Part shown: positions 39,820 through 48,727 of the stretch, one piece after another
How the letters are laid out: each line of letters begins with the position of its first letter
How positions within the stretch are numbered: position 1 is the first letter of the stretch
Assembly: GCA_045542335.1 (NCBI GenBank)
Contig: JAZQKV010000105.1
Coordinates: 1,377 to 65,376, forward strand
Origin: Eubacteriales bacterium
GTDB taxonomy: Bacteria; Bacillota; Clostridia; Oscillospirales; CAG-382
Length of the DNA stretch: 64,000 bases
Direction: 5' to 3'
Program-made: the position numbers and the translations under genes
Notes under the pieces: model-generated
Database searches by the model: none
What the model saw: only the letters and a program-made list of their open reading frames with translations
Told to the model about the DNA's origin: nothing

Positions 39820-40638
39820 TCAATAAGTGATTTTCATTTCATTGATGTTTCCGCTGCAGGAAATCCTGTGATCGCAAGCACCAAGCTGTTCGAGAAACTC
39901 CCGTGTTTGCTTCACTGCTTCATTGCCCTTCCAATCGGCTTCATCAACGTTCCATATGCATATATCCGGGCTTGCAAGCTTGTAAATATCTTCGGGAACA
40001 TCGTTTTTTCCGCCGCCGGGAATTTGCATAATATCGCAGCTTAACTCGTTTTTATAGTTTTCAAGAAGTCGTGTGCCTGCCTCTCTGCCGAGCTTTCCCG
40101 CATAGAGCAGGGAAGTGCAACAGAGGTTGAATTTGTAAACTACTCCACGGTTGTTTATAAAATCCTCTGTGATGCCTGTGTCGGCAGCGGAGAAAACCCT
40201 AACAAGAGCTCGGTCAAGCTTGATTCGTTCGCCTGTGCGCACGTCAACTTTCTGACAGGCGGTGCTTTTAATGGTCAGGTTGAAATCCTCGGCAAACGCC
40301 GCATTTGCACTGTCGTGAAGCTCAAGCTCATCGGGAACAAGGTGGGAATAAACAATTTTTTCTATGATTATGCGTGTCCCACTGCTTTTGAGAAGCTTTG
40401 AAAGTGCGCCGGCGGTGTCGGCAGTTGTGTGGGTTATAAACCATGCGTCGACCTTGCCGCCGCAATTTTCGATAATAAAGTTTTCAAGCCTGTCGGCATC
40501 CTCATGTGTGCCGCCGTCTATTACAAAACAAATGCCGCTTCCGGACTTTGCAACCATGCCGACATTTGCAGTATTCTTTCCGGGAATCTGCCACAGAGTG
40601 TATTCCGTGTCAAAATTATTCCTGTATTTCGGTGCCAA
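39820..40638 (-). CDS. MBL-fold (ComEC/Rec2 C-terminal-like) protein with degenerate metal-binding motifs
   Basis: VIDGGT, WFITHTTADT, LLYAGKLG, DIMQIPGGG. TTG start after an AGAAGGG SD. Confidence 0.65.
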   Translation of the reverse strand: MAPKYRNNFDTEYTLWQIPGKNTANVGMVAKSGSGICFVIDGGTHEDADRLENFIIENCGGKVDAWFITHTTADTAGALSKLLKSSGTRIIIEKIVYSHLVPDELELHDSANAAFAEDFNLTIKSTACQKVDVRTGERIKLDRALVRVFSAADTGITEDFINNRGVVYKFNLCCTSLLYAGKLGREAGTRLLENYKNELSCDIMQIPGGGKNDVPEDIYKLASPDICIWNVDEADWKGNEAVKQTREFLEQLGACDHRISCSGNINEMKITY

Positions 40639-41373
40639 AACTACCCTTCTTTCTGCTTTTGCCCATGCACAATGGCGACATGAGCGAAATTTTTCGGACA
40701 AAAATCGCCCCTCGGATGCCCGGGCGGCGAAACGGTTGAACTCTCTGAATATTGTTCGTGTGCTGAACTTAAAATCCAACACATCTTTTTTGCAAGGAAC
40801 ATTATAGCAAACATTTTTTGTCACTTCAACATTTTTTTTGGCGGTTTATGTTATTTTTTTAAGAAATACTTGTAACTGAACTTAACAATTCCGTATAAAC
40901 TTCAATTCATCAATTGTTTGAAAAACAAAAGCTGACTCCTGTTTGCCCCTTTACAACGCTAAAGTGCGGATTTGCGGCAGTTTTTACGCACATTACGATC
41001 CGACAATCAACCAAAAGGGAAAATCTTGATAAAAAGCGACGTATTTAAGCGTTTTTCAGGGGATTTACATGACAGTTTGTTTCCTTTTGACATATTGATT
41101 TCGTGTCGGAATTTAAAGCTTACCTTGGCGAAACAACAAAAAAATCCTCCGATGCCTTTGCTCCGGAGTTAAAAGAGGTTGAAGCACGCTCTTAACATAA
41201 GTTAACAAATAGGGTATATTTTATTTCTGATTACACATAAAATACACAACAAAATGTAAATCAAAACTTATAGTTTATTTAAATTCTACATTGATTTCAA
41301 AGTATTGGACTAAAATTTTAAAAAAGGTATATAATAGCTTTATGGAAAAAAGTCGAAAGGGAGGCGAGGGGAA

Positions 41374-42465
41374 ATTATAAGCACGGAATTTTGCAAAAAG
41401 GTACTTTTACACACGGCGTTCTGGGGGATATGTGTTGTTGGAGGATATTTGGTTCTCAAATATGTTGTGCCTGTGTTTCTGCCGTTTATTATAGCGATTT
41501 CGGTTGCGTTTTCGTCAAGACCGCTAAAGCTTTTCATAATGAAAAAAACAAAAATGACCTCAAAGGCATCGGCAGTGGCGGCGGTGACGCTGATACTTGG
41601 CATACTTATATACATTTTCTTTCATCTTTTTGGCACAATGGCAAATGAGCTTGCCTCTGTTTATGACTATCTGACAGCCGAAACGGACATTTCGGGTGTT
41701 CTTTTCGGAACACTTTCAGACGTGACAGCCCGCATATCGGATTTTCTTCCTTTTCTCAATTTGTCGGAGCTTTCGCCTGCGGACAGGCTTTCGGCACTTT
41801 TAACACGCATTTTGCCGGGTTTTACCACGGCACTTGGTGAGGCGATTGCCGCAACGGCAAAGGCTGTTCCGTATGCCCTTGTTTTTGTGGCGGTGACGGT
41901 TATTTCGACATTTTATTTTTCGGTTGACCTTGAAAAAATCACCGCATATTTGTCGGAGCTGTTTCCAAAAAACACAAAAAAGCTTGTTTCAGCGGCGAAA
42001 TCAAAGGTAGCCTCGGCAGTGTTTAAATATGTCAGGGCATATTTGTTCATTCTTCTTATGACTTTTACCGAGCTTTATATCGGCTTTTTGTTTTTGCGTC
42101 TGCCGTATGCATTCAGCCTTGCGATAATTGTGGCAATTGTTGATGTTCTTCCGGTGCTTGGAACGGGAACTGTGCTTATTCCGTGGTCTTTTGTGGCATT
42201 TGCAATGGGAAACACTTTTATGGGTGCGGGAGTTTTGACGCTGTATGTGCTTGTGGCACTTATCAGGCAGTTTTCCGAGCCGAAAATCGTGGGAAAGAGC
42301 ATTGGTCTTTATCCGCCGCTAACACTTGTGGGAATGTATGTTGGAATCAAGCTTTTTGGCGTTTGGGGTATATTTGTATTGCCGCTTCTTATACTTTGTG
42401 CAAAATCTGTGCTTGAGATTATTGCAGTGGGAGCGCAGTCGTCCGGCGAGGAAAAAACACCGTGA
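41374..42465 (+). CDS. ytvI: Sporulation integral membrane protein YtvI (AI-2E family), probable ATT/ATA start
   Basis: FLPFIIA, STFYFSVD, YVRAYL, VDVLPVLGTGTVLIPW, IRQFSEPKIVGKSIGL. The first TM helix lies upstream of the only canonical start (TTG 41449). Confidence 0.8.
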   Translation: MISTEFCKKVLLHTAFWGICVVGGYLVLKYVVPVFLPFIIAISVAFSSRPLKLFIMKKTKMTSKASAVAAVTLILGILIYIFFHLFGTMANELASVYDYLTAETDISGVLFGTLSDVTARISDFLPFLNLSELSPADRLSALLTRILPGFTTALGEAIAATAKAVPYALVFVAVTVISTFYFSVDLEKITAYLSELFPKNTKKLVSAAKSKVASAVFKYVRAYLFILLMTFTELYIGFLFLRLPYAFSLAIIVAIVDVLPVLGTGTVLIPWSFVAFAMGNTFMGAGVLTLYVLVALIRQFSEPKIVGKSIGLYPPLTLVGMYVGIKLFGVWGIFVLPLLILCAKSVLEIIAVGAQSSGEEKTP

Positions 42466-42481
42466 AATGTGGCAAGTGCGT

Positions 42482-42504
42482 AGGGGGCGAGGTCATCGCC
42501 CCCT
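42482..42504. terminator. Terminator between convergent ytvI and ferredoxin genes
   Basis: AGGGGGCGA-ggtca-TCGCCCCCT stem. Confidence 0.6.
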
Positions 42505-42506
42505 GA

Positions 42507-43211
42507 TTATTCTACAATGTTTCCGTCGGTTGAGATTGTGACAACTCTCCAGGGAATGAATTTTCCGCTTGCCATGAGCGCACGTTTTACGGCGTTTTCA
42601 ATGCCGCCACAGCAGGGAACCTCCATACGCACAACCGTAACACTCTTTATATCATTATTTGCAATAATCTGTGTCAGTTTTTCGGAGTAGTCACCTTCGT
42701 CGAGCTTGGGGCAACCGATGAGGGTTATTTTATTGCGTATAAATTCATTGTGGAAATTGCCGTAAGCGTAGGCTGTGCAATCGGCGGCAACAAGCAGGTT
42801 TGCGCCGTCAAAGTATGGGGCGTTGACAGGTACAAGCTTTATTTGCACAGGCCATTGCATGAGCTGACTTTCGACACTTGCGCACGATGCAACAGGTGTA
42901 GAATGTTTTCTTTCAAGCTGCTTTGACTGCGTGCCGGGACAGCCGCATGGGAGCTTTGCGCCAACTCCGTGCTTTTGCATTTTTGCCTTGCGGACAGCTT
43001 CTTCATCATAGGTGGGAGCTTCTCTTTCCTCAAAGGTTATTGCGCCGGTTGGGCAAGCAGGGAGGCAATCGCCGAGACCATCGCAGTAATCTTCACGAGT
43101 GAGAGTTGCTTTTCCGTTTACCATTTCAATTGCGCCTTCGTGACAGGCTGACGCACAAGCTCCGCAACCGTTGCATTTTTCTTCGTCAATTCTGATTATT
43201 TTTCTTATCAT
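42507..43211 (-). CDS. 2x[4Fe-4S] ferredoxin-domain protein with Cys-rich C-terminal domain
   Basis: CNGCGACASACHE, YCDGLGDCLPACP, CGCPG, ADCTAY, GCPKLD, MEVPCCGG. Confidence 0.85.
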   Translation of the reverse strand: MIRKIIRIDEEKCNGCGACASACHEGAIEMVNGKATLTREDYCDGLGDCLPACPTGAITFEEREAPTYDEEAVRKAKMQKHGVGAKLPCGCPGTQSKQLERKHSTPVASCASVESQLMQWPVQIKLVPVNAPYFDGANLLVAADCTAYAYGNFHNEFIRNKITLIGCPKLDEGDYSEKLTQIIANNDIKSVTVVRMEVPCCGGIENAVKRALMASGKFIPWRVVTISTDGNIVE

Positions 43212-43404
43212 GGTGTGTACCTCCGTTTTTCGTTGTTTTTCACATTTTTGAGGAAGCTTTTCCTGCAATGTTTTTTATTTACGGAATTGAAGCTCCGTTA
43301 TAAAAATGTTTGTCAAAAGTTGATTTTGGCTCTTGACTTTACATTTATATTATAGTATAATAAAAAACGAAAGTATGTTGAAAATTCAACAAAACGGAGG
43401 CTTT

Positions 43405-44073
43405 ATGAAAAAATATTTTGAGATACTTCGCAAGTGTATTTTGTTTGACGGCATTGAGGACGGAAATCTCATGGGGATGCTTGGCTGTCTTGGAGCAAAG
43501 CTTGTTAAATATGCGAGAAATCAGACTATTGTGTCCGAGGGGGACGAGGTTGGTTTGATCGGGATTGTGTTGAGTGGCGAAATAAGGCTTATGCGCATAG
43601 ATTATTACGGCAACAGGAGCATAATGGCAACAGTTGAGCCGTCGGAGCTGTTTGGCGAGAGCTTTGCGTGTGCGGACATGAAAAAGAGTCCGGTGGACAT
43701 TGTTGCCACGGACAATTGCGATATTTTGCTTATAGATTGTGCCCGCATTATACGCACTTGCTCAAACGCTTGCGAGTTTCACAGCAAAATGATATACAAT
43801 CTTCTTAAAATTGTTGCGGGAAAGAACCTGGTTTTTCATCAGAAGCTTGATATTATGTCCAAGCGCACGACCCGGGAAAAGCTGATTGCATATCTTTCGC
43901 ATCAGGCGAAGAAGAACGCAAGCGAAAGGTTTATTATTCCGTTTGACAGGCAGGAGCTTGCGGATTTTCTTGAGGTTGACAGGAGTGGGCTTTCGGTTGA
44001 AATTGGAAAGCTGAAGCGTGAGGGCGTTATTGAGTGCAGGAAAAACGAATTCCGTCTGATGAAGAAAGATTAA
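43405..44073 (+). CDS. Crp/Fnr family transcriptional regulator (HcpR-like)
   Basis: cNMP-binding fold LFGESFA; C-terminal HTH TTREKL...DRQELADFLEVDRSGLSVEIGKLKREG. Divergent from the ferredoxin gene. Confidence 0.88.
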   Translation: MKKYFEILRKCILFDGIEDGNLMGMLGCLGAKLVKYARNQTIVSEGDEVGLIGIVLSGEIRLMRIDYYGNRSIMATVEPSELFGESFACADMKKSPVDIVATDNCDILLIDCARIIRTCSNACEFHSKMIYNLLKIVAGKNLVFHQKLDIMSKRTTREKLIAYLSHQAKKNASERFIIPFDRQELADFLEVDRSGLSVEIGKLKREGVIECRKNEFRLMKKD

Positions 44074-44083
44074 AAAGGTGTTG

Positions 44084-44122
44084 AAAAAAGAAATCCGTCC
44101 TTTTGGGGACGGATTTCCTTTT
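44084..44122. terminator. Bidirectional terminator
   Basis: A-run, GAAATCCGTCC-loop-GGACGGATTTC, T-run. Confidence 0.75.
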
Positions 44123-44133
44123 ACGTCAGAGTT

Positions 44134-44475
44134 TTATTCTTTTATACCACAGGATTTCGCATAGACTTTCACAATATCAAGCAGGTTTGCAATTTGTTCG
44201 TCGGTCATTTGAGAAAGATAAGTGTTTAACACCGTGCCGGCATTTTTGCTTGTGATGCCAAACAGTATATAGTCGGCATCAACGTCAAGGATTTTGCAAA
44301 CATCCTTTAACCTTGCGATTGAAAGTCCCGCCAGACCTCTCTCAATATTGCTCATTTGTTGAGGAGAACAAATGCCTGCCTTTTCGGACAAAACCTCTTG
44401 CGTCATATTCCGCTTTAAACGTATTTCTTTGATTCTTGCACCAATCTCGGCATTGTCCTTGTTGAATTTGTTCAT
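44134..44475 (-). CDS. XRE family HTH transcriptional regulator
   Basis: IGARIKEIRLKRNMTQEVLSEKAG...MSNIERG...LDVDADYILFG. Confidence 0.88.
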   Translation of the reverse strand: MNKFNKDNAEIGARIKEIRLKRNMTQEVLSEKAGICSPQQMSNIERGLAGLSIARLKDVCKILDVDADYILFGITSKNAGTVLNTYLSQMTDEQIANLLDIVKVYAKSCGIKE

Positions 44476-44822
44476 TGCATTTTACCTCTTAAAAAGTGTT
44501 TACACTATTTATTATAATGCTTTTAATACAAATTATGAATGTGCTAAAAACATTAGAACTAAACGTAAAAACACTTGACAAAGATGCTTCCTTGGAGTTG
44601 CAAAGCAAAAACTGTTTTGCATCTGAAAAAGGTGGGGGATTTTGCAGAATCTCTCTTTGGGTTCATACATCAATAAAAATTTGTATAAAAAGAAAATTTT
44701 CCCCCAAACCTCTTGCAAATCATGAATAAATGTGATAATATTAACATAGGTGCGGTTTGAGGGTCGCAGAACCCGACGAAAACCCATTTTTTCAAGCACC
44801 AAAGAACAGGAGGTATTTTCAA

Positions 44823-45914
44823 ATGGAAAAGCTCAGAATTGGTATTATCGGTTGCGGCGGTATCGCTAACGGAAAGCATATGCCGTCCCTTAAAAAGGTT
44901 AAGGAAGCGGAAATGGTTGCTTTCTGTGACATCGTTGAATGGAAGGCTCAGAAGGCGGCTAAGGATTTCGGTACTCCCGACGCAAAGTATTATACAGATT
45001 ACAAGGAACTCCTTGCCGACAAGACAATCGACGTTGTTCACGTCTGCACACCTAACAGAAGCCACAGCTTTATCACGGTTGATGCCCTTGAAGCAGGTAA
45101 GCACGTTATGTGCGAAAAGCCTATGGCTATCAACTCCGCAGAAGCTAAAAAGATGATTGATGCCGCAAAGAGAACAGGCAAAAAGCTCTCCATCGGCTAT
45201 CAGAACAGACAGGCGGCTGAAAACCAGTTTGCAAAGGAATACTGCGACAACGGCAACCTCGGTGACATCTATTTCGCAAAGTCCCACGCTATAAGACGTC
45301 GTGCAGTTCCCACATGGGGCGTGTTCCTCAATGAATATGAACAGGGCGGCGGCCCCCTTATCGACATCGGTACTCATGCTCTTGACCTCACTCTCTGGAT
45401 GATGAATAACTATAAGCCCAAGTATTGCGTTGGTACTACATATCACAAGCTCAACAACCAGACAAGAACAGGCAACGCATGGGGCGACTGGAAGCCTGAA
45501 GACTTCACCGTTGAAGATTCTGCTTTCGGCTTTATCGTTATGGAAAACGGTGCGACAATCGTTCTTGAATCCGCATGGGCACTCAACACTCTCGAAGTGC
45601 GTGAAACACGTTATCAGCTCTGCGGTACAAAGGAAGGCCTTGATACATTCACAGGCACAGTCAGAATCAACGGCGTTGAGTGCGGCAGACAGTACACAAA
45701 GACTCCCGAGCTCAAGGCAGGCGGCGTTGCTTTCTATGACGGTGCGGGAAACGGCTCTCCCGCAGACAGAGAAGCGCAGGCCTGGATAAATGCAATTATC
45801 AACGACACCGATCCTGTTGTTCTTCCCGAACAGGCTTATTGCGTAACTCAGATTCTTGAGGGTATCTATGAATCCGCAAAGACAGGTAAGCCTTACTACT
45901 TTGAAAATAAATAA
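44823..45914 (+). CDS. Gfo/Idh/MocA oxidoreductase (probable glycoside 3-dehydrogenase)
   Basis: GIIGCGGIA Rossmann motif, HVMCEKPMA, GGGPLIDIGTHALD. Confidence 0.88.
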   Translation: MEKLRIGIIGCGGIANGKHMPSLKKVKEAEMVAFCDIVEWKAQKAAKDFGTPDAKYYTDYKELLADKTIDVVHVCTPNRSHSFITVDALEAGKHVMCEKPMAINSAEAKKMIDAAKRTGKKLSIGYQNRQAAENQFAKEYCDNGNLGDIYFAKSHAIRRRAVPTWGVFLNEYEQGGGPLIDIGTHALDLTLWMMNNYKPKYCVGTTYHKLNNQTRTGNAWGDWKPEDFTVEDSAFGFIVMENGATIVLESAWALNTLEVRETRYQLCGTKEGLDTFTGTVRINGVECGRQYTKTPELKAGGVAFYDGAGNGSPADREAQAWINAIINDTDPVVLPEQAYCVTQILEGIYESAKTGKPYYFENK

Positions 45915-45979
45915 TTACGGCGAACAACCTCAAAAAGGTTGCCCGGTGAAAACATTATAATTAAAAAGGAGATTTTACC

Positions 45980-46954
45980 ATGAAACTCGGTCTTGTCACA
46001 GTGCCTCTCGGAAGTATGCCCGTTGAGGAAATGCTTAAGTACGTTACATCCCTCGGCGTTGAAGCCGTTGAAATCGGCGTTGGCGGTTATCCCGGAGACG
46101 CTCATTCCAAGCCTGAAGAGCTTCTTGCTGATAAGGCAAAGCTCAAGGCTTACAAGGAGCTTTTCCCCAAGTATGGCACAATCATCTCCGCACTTTCCGT
46201 TCACGGTAATGCTGTGTCCCCCGACAAGGATTTTGCCGCAAAGTGCGACTACGAATTTGACAGAGCCTGCAAGCTTGCAAACGAGCTTGAACTCGACACA
46301 GTTATCACCTTCTCCGGTTGTCCCGGCGGAAGCCCTGAAGATAAAATGCCCAACTGGGTAACTTGCCCCTGGCCCGACGAATACCTCAAGGTTCTTGACT
46401 ATCAGTGGAACGACATACTCATTCCTTACTGGCAGAAAAAGGCAGAGGTTGCAAAGAAGTATGGCGTAACAAAGATTGCCTTTGAAATGCACCCCGGCTT
46501 CTGCGTTTATAACACAGAAACTCTCTTCAAGCTCCGTAACGCTGTCGGCGATTGCATCGGTGCAAACTTTGACCCTTCCCACCTTATCTGGCAAGGTATC
46601 GACCCTGCACAGGCTATCCGTGAAATCGGTAAGGCAGGCGCAATGTTCCACTTCCACGCAAAGGATACAAAGATTGACAAGTATAACACCGCAGTGAACG
46701 GCGTTCTTGACACCAAGCACTACGGCGATGAAATCAACAGAAGCTGGGTATTCCGCAGCCTTGGCTACGGCACAAGCGTTGAAGCCTGGAAGGAAATGGT
46801 TTCTATGCTCCAGCTCGTTGGCTACAATCACGTTATGTCCATTGAGCATGAGGACAGCTTCATGACAAGCAAGGAAGGTCTTGAAAAGGCTATCAAGTTC
46901 CTCAAGGACGTTATTATTTCCGAGGATAAGCCCAACGGTATGTTCTGGGCATAA
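45980..46954 (+). CDS. Sugar phosphate isomerase/epimerase TIM barrel (B. subtilis YfiH-like)
   Basis: ALSVHGN, FSGCPG, PNWVTCPWP, AFEMHPG, NFDPSHL, HFHAKD, SIEHED, C-terminal MFWA. Confidence 0.85.
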   Translation: MKLGLVTVPLGSMPVEEMLKYVTSLGVEAVEIGVGGYPGDAHSKPEELLADKAKLKAYKELFPKYGTIISALSVHGNAVSPDKDFAAKCDYEFDRACKLANELELDTVITFSGCPGGSPEDKMPNWVTCPWPDEYLKVLDYQWNDILIPYWQKKAEVAKKYGVTKIAFEMHPGFCVYNTETLFKLRNAVGDCIGANFDPSHLIWQGIDPAQAIREIGKAGAMFHFHAKDTKIDKYNTAVNGVLDTKHYGDEINRSWVFRSLGYGTSVEAWKEMVSMLQLVGYNHVMSIEHEDSFMTSKEGLEKAIKFLKDVIISEDKPNGMFWA

Positions 46955-46993
46955 GTTTATGCGACAACGGTATAAATTGAAATAAAGTAAATG

Positions 46994-47029
46994 AGGCACG
47001 AGCCCCGATTCGGGACTCGTGCCTTTTTT
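46994..47029 (+). terminator. Intrinsic terminator of the Gfo-YfiH operon
   Basis: AGGCACGAGCCCCG-att-CGGGACTCGTGCCT followed by a T-run. Confidence 0.85.
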
Positions 47030-47064
47030 GTGTTAGTGTTTATAACTCAAGCTTTTATAATTTT

Positions 47065-47258
47065 TTTGCCTTGTAACAGCAAGGTCGGGAAAAATAAATT
47101 CTTCCCTGTTATAAAGTTCTTTCGGTTCCTTTCTTTCAAGAAAGGAATAAAACCGAAAAACTTTAGCACTTTCCTTTGCCTTGTAACAGCAAAGTTCGGA
47201 AAAAATAAATTCTTTCCTGTTATAAAGTTCTTTCGGTTCCTTTCTTTCAAGAAAGGAA
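47065..47258. repeat. Two near-identical 83-84 bp direct repeats (110 bp period), each ending in a palindrome
   Basis: Copies at 47065-47147 and 47175-47258, both ending TTCCTTTCTT-tc-AAGAAAGGAA. The 27-bp spacer contains an inverted partial copy (aaccgaaaaacttt). Confidence 0.85.
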
Positions 47259-47266
47259 CATAACAA

Positions 47267-48580
47267 TTAAACTTCAAGTACCTTTGCGCAAAGCTCGTCT
47301 GTGCCGTAGACGCCGTCGGGATTGAGCATTTCCCATTCTGCGGGGGGCTCGCCGAGGTCGGGCACATCCATGAGGACGCCGCCGTGGAGTGCGGATTCAA
47401 ATGCGATTATACCGGGAATATTGAAGCGTGCAGCCTGCCAGATATTTGTGGGGGAAAGCTTGTTTTCGGCAACAGCTTTGCAGAAGTCGTCAACCATGAA
47501 GTGATGACAGCCGTTGTGACCGTTTTCAAGGCCTCTGAAGCTTTCGGGAAGTCTGCCTGTGGGCTGAATGGGCGAGGATTCAAGGAAGCCTGCGCCGTTG
47601 GCGATTTTCTGAACACCGTCTGCCTCGTTTGCTTTGAGGGCGGCAACAACCGATTCGGGAAGCATAACGTCGGTTATGTCACGAAGTGTCTGAGGCTTTT
47701 TGCCGTCAGCTCTCAAATCGTCGCAAGGTTCCCACTTGGAAAGATAGTGGTGAGCAACGGAAAATTCATATGAACGCTTTGTTCCGTAGAACTGAGAAAT
47801 GTAGGATTCGGGTGCTGCCCAGCAAACACGTCTGTTTTCGCTTATTCTTGCAACACCTCCGTTGGAAATGTCGCAAAGCATGGCTGTGTTGGTAAAAGGA
47901 TTGTTCCAGAGATTCTGACCGTCTGTTCCGAAAATGTCACGGTCTTCTCTCTCGATAAAGCCCATTGCGGATACCTTTTTGATGTATGCACCGGGCATAC
48001 AGCCGAGAATCATTGCAGTTGAATGGGTGGGGTAATATGTGGGAGGAAAACCTGCAACCTCGGTCCACTTTTCTCCGCCGGAGTGCTTGTATGAGCCGTA
48101 CATATTTCTCATGTCGTGGTTATATTGGGATTCGCCATATACAAAGTCGCCGAATGCTCCTCTTACATAACCGTCACGGCAAAGACAGGTGCACGCTCTG
48201 TAATAACCGGTTTCGCCTGTGTGATAGATAAGCCCTGTCTTTCTCACCGCTTCCTCAATCGCCATGATTTCCTCAACGGAGATTCCCGAGGGAACTGCGG
48301 AATAAACGTGCTTTCCTGCATAAAGTGCATCCACTGCCATTTTTCCGTGAAGGTGACGCTGAGTGAAAATTGCAATAGCGTTTATTTTCTTGTTCTTCAG
48401 TGCTTCCTCGAAACTGTCAATGCCCTCAACGTTGAATTTCTTGCAGAACGCATTCTGCCTTTCCTTGATTATGTCGCAAACATAAACCTTTTCAACGTCG
48501 GGATGCTTTTTGTAAAGCTCAATGAAAAAATCCGCAAAAGCTCCGCAACCTATTACGGCAAGCGTTATTTTTGTTCTCAT
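47267..48580 (-). CDS. Gfo/Idh/MocA oxidoreductase (second, divergent type)
   Basis: AVIGCGAFA, HVYSAVP, HTGETGYY, YPTHST, NGHNGCH. Confidence 0.8.
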   Translation of the reverse strand: MRTKITLAVIGCGAFADFFIELYKKHPDVEKVYVCDIIKERQNAFCKKFNVEGIDSFEEALKNKKINAIAIFTQRHLHGKMAVDALYAGKHVYSAVPSGISVEEIMAIEEAVRKTGLIYHTGETGYYRACTCLCRDGYVRGAFGDFVYGESQYNHDMRNMYGSYKHSGGEKWTEVAGFPPTYYPTHSTAMILGCMPGAYIKKVSAMGFIEREDRDIFGTDGQNLWNNPFTNTAMLCDISNGGVARISENRRVCWAAPESYISQFYGTKRSYEFSVAHHYLSKWEPCDDLRADGKKPQTLRDITDVMLPESVVAALKANEADGVQKIANGAGFLESSPIQPTGRLPESFRGLENGHNGCHHFMVDDFCKAVAENKLSPTNIWQAARFNIPGIIAFESALHGGVLMDVPDLGEPPAEWEMLNPDGVYGTDELCAKVLEV

Positions 48581-48727
48581 GGGGTTACCTCCTGAATTGT
48601 TGTTTTTCAAAATATTTGTCATTTCAAAAATATTTACGCTTCTGTAACTACATTATACCATTTTACAGTTATAATAAAAGTTGAAATATAACAAAAAATG
48701 TTGTAAAACAAACATCAGAGGCTTGCT

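Noticed and set aside
41173-41205. AGAGGTT...CTCT stem resembling a preQ1-I riboswitch
   Set aside because: Lacks the UUC loop and the AAAAAACUA tail, and no queuosine gene lies downstream.
47065-47258. Possible CRISPR array
   Set aside because: Only two copies, repeats (83-84 bp) too long, the spacer is itself repeat-derived, and there are no cas genes.
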